A stretch of DNA of 32,123 bases from a virus. Taxonomy: Duplodnaviria; Caudoviricetes. Shown here piece by piece: positions 25,504 through 32,123 of this stretch. A program made the translations under genes and the position numbers. Below the pieces are notes generated by a model, which saw nothing but the letters and a program-made list of their open reading frames with translations, was not told where the DNA came from and did not search any database. The stretch spans positions 1 to 32,123 of the IMG/VR virus record IMGVR_UViG_3300021560_000048; one strand, given 5' to 3'. The stretch's first letter is position 1. The number at the start of each line of letters is the position of its first letter.

Positions 25504-25612
25504 ATAATATTCCCAGTTCTTTAGCCCCATGAGCGCGATGGTTGTCGATTGCACGCCGGCTCCGAGATTGAGAATTCGATACGTTTTTACAGGGATGCTG
25601 CGGTGAGGTCAA
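25495..25612 (-). pseudogene. Remnant of a PP-loop (PAPS-reductase-like) gene
   Basis: Frame absent from the track reads KTYRILNLGAGVQSTTIALMGLKNWEYYRY*. LGAGVQST is the PP-loop signature of phage PAPS-reductase-like proteins. No in-frame start upstream of the motif; truncated shortly after it. Confidence 0.65.
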
Positions 25613-25616
25613 TCCT

Positions 25617-27062
25617 TCAACCTGGCCAAGAACCAAGATCCTCCAAATCGGATCGATTTACACCTTGAGAGCTTGTTGCCGTCAGTTCTCTGGATAAGCC
25701 TTCATAAGCCTCGTCCAACTTTTCCCACGGATCTTTCAAGCGTTGCGCGTAAGCCGCGAAATTCTGCACTCCGTGCGCAAACGCCCCGCATACCGCATCA
25801 GCCCGATCAGGCGATTTGACTCCGCGCGTCGCCATGTCGTCCTTCTTCTCAATGCCTAGTCGGCCGCGCGCGTCGATGGTTGTCTTGCGACTCGTAAGCT
25901 GCGACACAAGAGTAGGATCGTTGAATAAGACCAATTCACGTTTCTGAATCCGTTGGCTGAACGCGTGCCAGATTTCCGCGCCGCGACTGATGAAGCGGTC
26001 CTCGTCGCTGGCCTTGGCCCCGAAATTGAACCGGTTAATGGGCCAACCCGCATCGCTCAACATGTCGCACATAGGAAGACCCAAGCCTCCGGCGTCGCCC
26101 CATATCTGTTCGGGACGCAAGGCATGCTTTCGGAACTCGAGAATAAAACGCCCCACGATCGAGATCGCGTTAGCATCGTGCCAGGCAGCCAGAGCGATGA
26201 GCTTGTTCCCTGAACGAACTGCAAGAACATTTTCGTCTCGTCCTTGAGCGAAATCACAAAAAGCAGCGTACTCATGTCTGGAAATCTTGGCATGCGGCGG
26301 ATTATTGATCGAATCCATCAGACTCTGAAACGGCACGATGAAACTTTCGCCTTCCGCCAGGTCCATGAACTCGCCATAAATCGAGCTGCGAACCAACGGA
26401 TGGCTCTCGCCGTAAGTGGCGATCATGTCCTCAATCTTGGCGCGAGGAATATGCGGACACTGTGAAAGTGAAACTTCAAAACACAAATGTTGCGGACGGT
26501 TACTGGAAAAGCAGTCAAAGAAGGTTCCTGATCGTAACCCGGGCGAGGAAATCACGAGCAGCACGGCGTAGCCGCATCTGTCCACAGCTTCAAAGATTGA
26601 ATTGGGTACACTCTTTGCTTCATCGACGATCAACAGTAGTGGTGCGCCCTTGGCCCCATGATGCCCCTCCATCCTTGATGGTTCGTCCGTAGTGAAACTG
26701 ATCAAGGTGCCGCCCTGCGGCGTGCGAATCTCGCGGCTTAAAAACTCCCAGTGGACCAGGTGCGGATGCCGATAAGCGTGCAGCGCGCGCATGAGCTGGC
26801 TGTCAAGCTGGCGCGCATCAGCGCTAGTCAGAACAACCTTGGCTTTGGGATAACGATCCAGCCAACGCAGGATCACAGTGGGAATCACAATCGAGCTTTT
26901 GCCGCTCCCGTTGGGTGTGCGCACCGCGATCCGGACTCTTTCCAAGTTAGAGCCAAAATCAACGGCCTCAGCGATCTCCGCTTGCCAGGTGTACAACTCG
27001 CGCTCCATCACTTTACGGACAAAGAGCGCCGGAGAATCAATGATGCCCTTGGCCAGTTTCAT
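25617..27062 (-). CDS. terL: Terminase large subunit
   Basis: 481 aa. WQ motif, Walker A TPNGSGKS, Walker B LLIVDEA, ISSP coupling motif, RNase H-like CDFA..RDENV and SPDRADA. Confidence 0.93.
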   Translation of the reverse strand: MKLAKGIIDSPALFVRKVMERELYTWQAEIAEAVDFGSNLERVRIAVRTPNGSGKSSIVIPTVILRWLDRYPKAKVVLTSADARQLDSQLMRALHAYRHPHLVHWEFLSREIRTPQGGTLISFTTDEPSRMEGHHGAKGAPLLLIVDEAKSVPNSIFEAVDRCGYAVLLVISSPGLRSGTFFDCFSSNRPQHLCFEVSLSQCPHIPRAKIEDMIATYGESHPLVRSSIYGEFMDLAEGESFIVPFQSLMDSINNPPHAKISRHEYAAFCDFAQGRDENVLAVRSGNKLIALAAWHDANAISIVGRFILEFRKHALRPEQIWGDAGGLGLPMCDMLSDAGWPINRFNFGAKASDEDRFISRGAEIWHAFSQRIQKRELVLFNDPTLVSQLTSRKTTIDARGRLGIEKKDDMATRGVKSPDRADAVCGAFAHGVQNFAAYAQRLKDPWEKLDEAYEGLSRELTATSSQGVNRSDLEDLGSWPG

Positions 27063-27184
27063 GCCTGGATAAAGGGTCGCAGATTATTAAAACAACGCAG
27101 ACTAGCCCAGGCCAATAGCGCGTTAAGCAACAGTGCGTCGTAAGGAGGTAATTGCGGATTGTCGTTGGCAACTTTGAAGTTCAT
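27059..27184 (-). CDS. Hypothetical protein (41 aa)
   Basis: MNFKVANDNPQLPP...; ATGA overlaps at both ends. Confidence 0.5.
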   Translation of the reverse strand: MNFKVANDNPQLPPYDALLLNALLAWASLRCFNNLRPFIQA

Positions 27185-27489
27185 TGCACTCTCCAGATCC
27201 GTAATAGCGCGGTCCCGCGCAACGGAATCTTTTCTCCATTGACCATGCGAGTCCGGACACGGATGCCGGCCACAGAGGCCAACCAATGAATGTAACCATG
27301 GTGCCCGTTAAAGACGACCGACTGCCCAGGCTGCATGCGAGTAAAAGCGCGTGAGAGCCAACGGTAAGGCGCTGCACGAGTACCGGGTATTGGCACATCG
27401 TCATCAATGGAGAGGGCAACTTCTTCTTCCTCGAGCAAAGGCTCTCTCATCGAACGCGCCAGCATGCGCAGTCTCTGAGTCTTGTTCAT
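27181..27489 (-). CDS. Small putative DNA-binding protein (IDDDVPIP...F..M..G.S...RIWR family)
   Basis: Motif pattern recognised from small phage proteins. Start ATG 27489 preferred; the longer track ORF overlaps another gene and hairpins. Confidence 0.65.
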   Translation of the reverse strand: MNKTQRLRMLARSMREPLLEEEEVALSIDDDVPIPGTRAAPYRWLSRAFTRMQPGQSVVFNGHHGYIHWLASVAGIRVRTRMVNGEKIPLRGTALLRIWRVQ

Positions 27490-27531
27490 AAAATAAAACA
27501 GGCCCGAGCTCTTGGCGGAACTCAAGGCCTG
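27490..27531 (-). terminator. Rho-independent terminator-like hairpin
   Basis: Minus strand: CAGGCCTTGAGTTC-CGCCAA-GAGCTCGGGCCTG followed by TTTTATTTT. Confidence 0.65.
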
Positions 27532-27574
27532 CGACATAAAACCCCCACGGCATTTTGTCTGTGGGGAGTATAAC

Positions 27575-27751
27575 TCACTCTGCCGCCTTTCGCAGTTGGG
27601 CGATAAGGTCTTCATGATCGTGATCCAGATCAGGACAATCCTCCAGTGCATCAGCCGCATGAGCGCACAGCATTCTGTACTCGGCGATCTCCAACAAAAC
27701 CCATTCAAAGCCTTGATTCTTTAGCGAGGCGATCTCAGTTTCAGTCAGCAT
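27575..27751 (-). CDS. Hypothetical protein (58 aa)
   Basis: Hand-translated MLTETEIASLKNQGFEWVLLEIAEYRMLCAHAADALED...LIAQLRKAAE; ATG directly abuts the terS stop; AGGAGG upstream. Confidence 0.75.
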   Translation of the reverse strand: MLTETEIASLKNQGFEWVLLEIAEYRMLCAHAADALEDCPDLDHDHEDLIAQLRKAAE

Positions 27752-28216
27752 TCAGCTAGCCTCCTTTGCGTGCCCATTGCCGTTGCCCGGGAGCGCCGGC
27801 CGATAACTGGCAAACATTTCCTTAACCTTGTTGCGCACCGGGCTCGCCTCGGCCTCGATCGCTTTCATCTCGGCGCGGGTGATGTTTATCTGGAGATTGT
27901 TCTGGGTGTAGTTGTTCTGCTTAAAGGTCAGTTGCACTTCGGGTTTGGCGAACTGGGAGGGATAGCGGCGCTCGAGCATCCAGGCAATGCCGCCTTGGAA
28001 ACCTTCGGCCCACATTTTTTCGCGGTACGGTTCCTCGAATTCCAGGGCACGTTGCGCGATACGTGGAAACATGTCGCCTGTTCTGGCTTTGGCGATAGTT
28101 TTGTAACTGACGCCGGTCATGATACCAATTTGTTTATCGGTATAGGCGAGCCAGATAAGCCGAGCGACGCGCTCGATTTTAGCTGGGGTTAGAGCTGGGG
28201 GTCGGCCGCGAGGCAT
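27752..28216 (-). CDS. terS: Terminase small subunit
   Basis: MPRGRP, HTH (YTDKQIGIMTGVSYKTI), AWMLERRYP..F motif; upstream of terL. Confidence 0.8.
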   Translation of the reverse strand: MPRGRPPALTPAKIERVARLIWLAYTDKQIGIMTGVSYKTIAKARTGDMFPRIAQRALEFEEPYREKMWAEGFQGGIAWMLERRYPSQFAKPEVQLTFKQNNYTQNNLQINITRAEMKAIEAEASPVRNKVKEMFASYRPALPGNGNGHAKEAS

Positions 28217-28220
28217 TAAA

Positions 28221-28464
28221 GGGTGAAACGAAGGGTGAAACGGGCTGAAAAGCGCGCCCCAGATTTCACCCCTATCCCATCTAGGGGGGTGAAATGGGTG
28301 GCTATTTCAGAGTTTTTACGTGAAACGAAACATGAAATGAGAAAAGCTTGTTCTCTCGTAAGCAGCATGAAATGAGGGGTGAAATGGCGATACTTTTTAC
28401 TGTGAAATGAGAATTGAAACTCTCCTAGGGGAAACCCTGAAATGAGAGGGTTATTTTCATTTCA
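28221..28464. repeat. Iteron-like TGAAA array, probable replication origin (or packaging site)
   Basis: 11 direct and 4 inverted TGAAA copies in ~245 bp of non-coding DNA; TGAAATGAG at 28333, 28368, 28403 and 28438. Confidence 0.8.
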
Positions 28465-28472
28465 GGGGTGGA

Positions 28473-29543
28473 TCAGTCATCACTTGGGTTATAAGTTCTT
28501 GGTTGAGAAGTCTTTATATAATATCTCCTGTTTTTGATTTCGATGAGTCCTTTCTCTTCACATTTCCTGGCTAAACGACAGATGGTGGCTTCGGAGAGGT
28601 CCATGTCTTCGGCGATTCGGCTGCATTGATCGACACCGTCTTTAACCATCTCTAAGAACACATCTAAGGGGTTACATTCCTCGCAACGGACGATCATTTC
28701 TTTGCCGTTATCCAGAGGCGAGAAATTCCACTCGATATCTTTGGGGCGGGATTGGCAATTGCGGAACTTGTCGAAGCTGGAGATGAAGTGTGCGCCCTGG
28801 ACCTCATGATCCGGATCGTTTTTAGGCGCTCGCAGATGGATGATCCAGGCGGCTGGGTCTTCGCGTTTGGATGTGCCGCGCATATGAAGACCTTCGCGAC
28901 CGGCGTGATGGATAAAGATCACCGAAATCTTTTCCCGGCGCAGACAGAGGAGCCAGGGGAGGATTTTTTCCCAGTCAAGAGCAGAATTTTCCTCCATGCC
29001 GGCGGCCAGGCATGAAAGATTATCGAGGATAAGCACATTGAAGGCTTGGTCTTTACAGAATTTTATGACTGCCTCCTGAAGTTCTCGGTTGATGAGGTTG
29101 ATTATCCTGTTGGAACGTTCGAAGAGGATTTCGTGGCTCAGATAAAAAAGGTTGGAACGACCTGCGCCTAGCACGCGATTGCGATATTGGACATCAGCGA
29201 TTGCCATTTCGCCATCCATGTAGAGGATTTTGCTGTCATTTGGCGGGACTTTCCACGGGCCGAAATCTTTGCTGTCAGCCAGACAATGGGCGACATAAAT
29301 GCCGATCCAGGTCTTGCCTACGCCGCGTGCGGCGAAAACAAATCCCAAATCTCCTTGGCGCGCCCAGGGATTGATGAGAAGCGGGCGTGGACTAAGGTCC
29401 AAAGAATCAAGCTCGCAATCACTGATGATGCTATTTGCCAGTGACATATCCCATTTTTCTTCCGATTCGCGCGCCACTTTCTGGGCGCTGCGCTCTTCAG
29501 GTTTTTGCCCGTCCTGGGATGGGGGAATCAGGCTTTGAACCAT
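28473..29543 (-). CDS. AAA_25 / RepA-like replicative helicase with C-terminal winged HTH
   Basis: Walker A AARGVGKT, LYMDGEM, Walker B LILDNL, IHHAGR...RGTS; C-terminal IAEDMDLSEATICR. Confidence 0.88.
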   Translation of the reverse strand: MVQSLIPPSQDGQKPEERSAQKVARESEEKWDMSLANSIISDCELDSLDLSPRPLLINPWARQGDLGFVFAARGVGKTWIGIYVAHCLADSKDFGPWKVPPNDSKILYMDGEMAIADVQYRNRVLGAGRSNLFYLSHEILFERSNRIINLINRELQEAVIKFCKDQAFNVLILDNLSCLAAGMEENSALDWEKILPWLLCLRREKISVIFIHHAGREGLHMRGTSKREDPAAWIIHLRAPKNDPDHEVQGAHFISSFDKFRNCQSRPKDIEWNFSPLDNGKEMIVRCEECNPLDVFLEMVKDGVDQCSRIAEDMDLSEATICRLARKCEEKGLIEIKNRRYYIKTSQPRTYNPSDD

Positions 29544-30214
29544 TGCAGAATCCTTTCAGGGGCATCCTCGGCGACAATGAATTCATTGAGATCTTTATAA
29601 ATGCCAGGCAATGGCTGAATACGGACCTTGTCCGCGCCAAAGGAATATAGGCGACTACTCCAGTTGCCTGCGCCCTGGATGCCGGCTGGATCGTTGTGCG
29701 GAATGATAAGCACCCTCCTACCGTCCAAACCCATGCCGCCATTCCCGAAGTCGGCGCCCGGGTCCGAATCGATTCTGCACGCGGCACCCAGCATCGAAGC
29801 GACGCGCAAGTTGACGCTCGAGGCGATCGCTAGTTGCAATGCGCTGAAATAATCAGGCATGCCTTCGACCAGTAAGAGATTTTTCAAACGGTTGAAGGCT
29901 GAATTAGAGCTTAAAAGCCCCACAGGCGCATTTTTGCGACTACCCGCTATAGCGAGACTCTTTTTGCCTGCCAGTGGCAGTCCATCCAACCTGCGAGCTT
30001 CGGCGACCACTCTGGCGTGATCGGTAAGAATCCAGACGTCCTGCCCGTAATGGGTGGCTATTTTGAGTGTGCCCAAGCTGCCTGCGGTAGCAAAGGTGTC
30101 CGCGTTTAAGCTGCGCAAAATCGCCAGGGCGTTGCAGTCGCTAGGGCGCGGAGTTCGCGCATCGGGGGGCAACTGGATGGGCGGATCGCTTACATCAGGC
30201 CAACCGGAAGGCAC
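29528..30214 (-). CDS. TOPRIM-domain DNA primase
   Basis: LLVEGMPD, IIPHNDPAG and KDLNEF TOPRIM motifs; overlaps the helicase start; start codon uncertain. Confidence 0.8.
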   Translation of the reverse strand: MPSGWPDVSDPPIQLPPDARTPRPSDCNALAILRSLNADTFATAGSLGTLKIATHYGQDVWILTDHARVVAEARRLDGLPLAGKKSLAIAGSRKNAPVGLLSSNSAFNRLKNLLLVEGMPDYFSALQLAIASSVNLRVASMLGAACRIDSDPGADFGNGGMGLDGRRVLIIPHNDPAGIQGAGNWSSRLYSFGADKVRIQPLPGIYKDLNEFIVAEDAPERILQWFKA

Positions 30215-30228
30215 AGGGCTCGCTTTCT

Positions 30229-30377
30229 GTGCTCCCCAACCCCATTACCGCGCAACCCACGGAAAGACGTCTCTACGGGCAGCGTAGAGACTTTTGGGAG
30301 CTTTGCGTCAGTAATGGGGTTGGGAAGCACTCTTACCTCTTACCCTTTCCGTGGTTGAGAGTGAAGGAAGAGCCACG
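30229..30377 (-). ncRNA. Putative structured cis-regulatory/antisense RNA upstream of primase
   Basis: 20 bp outer stem with one mismatch (30229-30248/30311-30330), 9 bp inner hairpin (30269-30291), and alternative pairing 30253-30266 with 30345-30357. Confidence 0.65.
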
Positions 30378-30379
30378 CT

Positions 30380-30408
30380 AGGATAGCAGTGCGTAACAGT
30401 CAATGCGA
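30380..30408 (-). promoter_or_regulatory. Candidate extended -10 promoter
   Basis: Minus strand TCGCAT-17 nt-TATCCT with TGn immediately before the -10; would start transcription at the structured leader. Confidence 0.45.
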
Positions 30409-30810
30409 AACCAGCTCGCTCTTGGCCCAGCCTTTAACGATCCGAATCGCTTCATCGGCGCTTAAAACCACGTGCGCCTCTATCCCGTGCGCGCGCAACT
30501 GGTTGCCGAAATCCACTTGCTCCTTGCTCAAGCGCACCGGAAACGATTTAAACTCCATCCAAGCGCTCCTGCCATCTTTGCCCACCCAGAAATCGTATAC
30601 GCCCACCGTCGCCGTGGTGCGCCGGTGGGTCGAATGCCAGCAGTAGGGTAGCCCATGGGAGAGGAGCCAGTTGGCGAAGATTCCTTGTTCGTCGCGCTCG
30701 GTGCGCGGCCGCTTGCCTCCGAGAATCGTTGCCCGAGGAGGAGCTGGCTCCTCGGTTCCCTCGATCATGCCCTTCTGGCGCTCGGAAAGATCTTCTATTC
30801 GGATGCCCAT
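30400..30810 (-). CDS. VRR-NUC domain nuclease
   Basis: Start ATG 30810 (MGIRIED...); GVYDF......WMEFK....LSKEQ..F...L...G....V PD-(D/E)xK pattern. Confidence 0.85.
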   Translation of the reverse strand: MGIRIEDLSERQKGMIEGTEEPAPPRATILGGKRPRTERDEQGIFANWLLSHGLPYCWHSTHRRTTATVGVYDFWVGKDGRSAWMEFKSFPVRLSKEQVDFGNQLRAHGIEAHVVLSADEAIRIVKGWAKSELVSH

Positions 30811-30815
30811 AGGAG

Positions 30816-31007
30816 TTATTGCCACTTTGATCGCTGCGAGTCGAAAATGCCCTGTAACCTCCGCCAGCGGCGCAACTCGCGCCGTTCCTCGGCGAGGGTG
30901 CGCAGCATGACTCCGACCTGCCAACTGGCCCACAATAGGACAGCGCTCCAGATAAAAAGGATCACGGCCAAAGCGCCGCAAGCGTGGTCAAAGAGGGTGT
31001 CGGTCAT
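30816..31007 (-). CDS. Small membrane protein
   Basis: 63 aa with one hydrophobic helix followed by an Arg-rich tail. Confidence 0.55.
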   Translation of the reverse strand: MTDTLFDHACGALAVILFIWSAVLLWASWQVGVMLRTLAEERRELRRWRRLQGIFDSQRSKWQ

Positions 31008-31028
31008 TGTTCTGATTCGGACTTTATC

Positions 31029-31613
31029 TCAGCCATTTTTAGATTCCGTCGATTCAGGCAAGTTTCTGTGATTGGTAGTCAAGGCCAGATAATCGCCTTC
31101 ACTCCATTGCAGAGCCAGATCGGTCAACGTACTAATGGCCGTCAGCACATTGGCTTTGGCATGCTTGAACTGCCGATAAAAGGTTATAATCGCGAATTTC
31201 GCAACATCGGATTGCGCATCCAAATCCGCTGCCTGCAAATGCATTTGAATATCTTTTTCGGTTGCTTTAACGACATCGACGAAATTTTGCGGAATGTCGT
31301 CCGTGAAAAAGATTTTCTCTACAGGCCTCAAAATCCAAGCGCTTTTCTTGGTGCGATAAATCTCGAAAGGGTGCTCCATATCATCCCGCAGACCGGCTTG
31401 CTGAAGGTTTTTACGTCCCAAACTTGATTTTCCTAGATACGGTGCCATATCAGGATCATTGGCAAGCCATTCGTCGAATTCGGCTGAGGTGAACTCGCGC
31501 CCGCGAAAATGTTCTTCAAAGCGTATGGCCGCTAGACGAACTTTCACCCCCCGATCTTTACGAGGCTTGCCAACTTCTTCTCTGATTTTATTTACTTGCT
31601 TTTCCAGACTCAT
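31029..31613 (-). CDS. Hypothetical protein (194 aa)
   Basis: Long ORF with ATGA-type overlap to the upstream gene; no motif recognised. Confidence 0.75.
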   Translation of the reverse strand: MSLEKQVNKIREEVGKPRKDRGVKVRLAAIRFEEHFRGREFTSAEFDEWLANDPDMAPYLGKSSLGRKNLQQAGLRDDMEHPFEIYRTKKSAWILRPVEKIFFTDDIPQNFVDVVKATEKDIQMHLQAADLDAQSDVAKFAIITFYRQFKHAKANVLTAISTLTDLALQWSEGDYLALTTNHRNLPESTESKNG

Positions 31614-32122
31614 ATTTTAGTTGCTAGTTTATTGATCATCTCCTTGGCCGATTGGATCGCTTGCTGTGTTCTGCTCCAAAGGCTGAAAGTAGTCGTCCGA
31701 TGTTTGGCCATTAAATCAGTCATTTCTCTGCCAGTGTTCCACACGCCATGAAGATGGCGCACGAATTCCTCCTGCAACCGCTCAAAGCGATTGCGAATGT
31801 CCTCAGCTTCTAACCTAGCCTGTTCTTCCCGGCTTAATTTTCGCTCCTGTAACTTCGCATCGCTTAACAGCGCCATGAAATTACTGCGAATAAATTGACC
31901 GGTCACCTCTTCCCCTGCTTCTTTCGCGGCTTGAACCAGTTTCCTGGCGAGAGCCGCCTGTTTATTAACTGGCAAGTATGGCTTAATATTTGGATTCAAA
32001 GCTCGTTCGCGGAAACTGCGCAATTGATGTTCATTGGTTAAAACTTGTGCGACTCCAGTAAAATCGAATTCCTGCTGATACCCGGCAACCTTTTCAGCGG
32101 CTTGTCGCGTTGCTCGTAACGC
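31610..32122 (-). CDS. Hypothetical helical protein, 3' part (starts beyond window)
   Basis: Frame is open from the window edge (ALRATRQAAEKVAGYQQEFDFTGVAQVLTNEHQLRSF...); the track's TTG start is internal. Confidence 0.75.
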   Translation of the reverse strand, partial: ALRATRQAAEKVAGYQQEFDFTGVAQVLTNEHQLRSFRERALNPNIKPYLPVNKQAALARKLVQAAKEAGEEVTGQFIRSNFMALLSDAKLQERKLSREEQARLEAEDIRNRFERLQEEFVRHLHGVWNTGREMTDLMAKHRTTTFSLWSRTQQAIQSAKEMINKLATKI

Positions 32123-32123
32123 A

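Noticed and set aside
24912-25512. Protelomerase (telRL) site or IS element
   Set aside because: The palindrome is short and interrupted, no protelomerase or transposase is present, and the inverted repeats lie outside rather than inside the direct repeats, unlike an IS.
28321-28446. CRISPR array
   Set aside because: The repeat is only 9 bp, extra TGAAA copies lie within the spacers, and there are no cas genes; iterons fit better.
1-32123. Stop-codon reassignment, tRNA genes, integrase, host assignment
   Set aside because: Genes are full length under the standard code with all three stops used; no tRNA cloverleaf or recombinase motif seen; the host cannot be determined from this sequence alone.

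Overview
The window is a roughly 32 kb slice of a tailed-phage genome with podovirus-like architecture. Almost all genes lie on the minus strand and are tightly coupled; no integrase or host genes are visible. Reading in transcription order (right to left): AT-richer unknown genes, VRR-NUC nuclease, a strongly structured non-coding leader, TOPRIM primase, AAA_25 helicase, a TGAAA iteron-like array (likely origin), and small and large terminase. An accessory patch at 24.46-25.62 kb follows. It holds a PP-loop gene remnant, a C5 methyltransferase sitting in the centre of a split palindrome, a near-perfect bacterial parS site and two plus-strand ORFs. Next come small structural-looking genes including a triplicated unknown domain, then portal, scaffold and N4-gp56-type major capsid. 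After these are a lysis-like block (apparently dead M15 peptidase, TM/coiled-coil protein, lipoprotein, Amidase_3), four modular fibre genes with an HNH insertion, tail adaptor and nozzle, ejection proteins and two tiny basic proteins. The last complete gene is a 1441 aa polyvalent protein (Amidase_2 + RlpA-like barrel + ParB-like domain), followed in frame by a gene running off the left edge. All family calls come from motif recognition by eye, not database searches. Several small genes missing from the ORF track were translated by hand.
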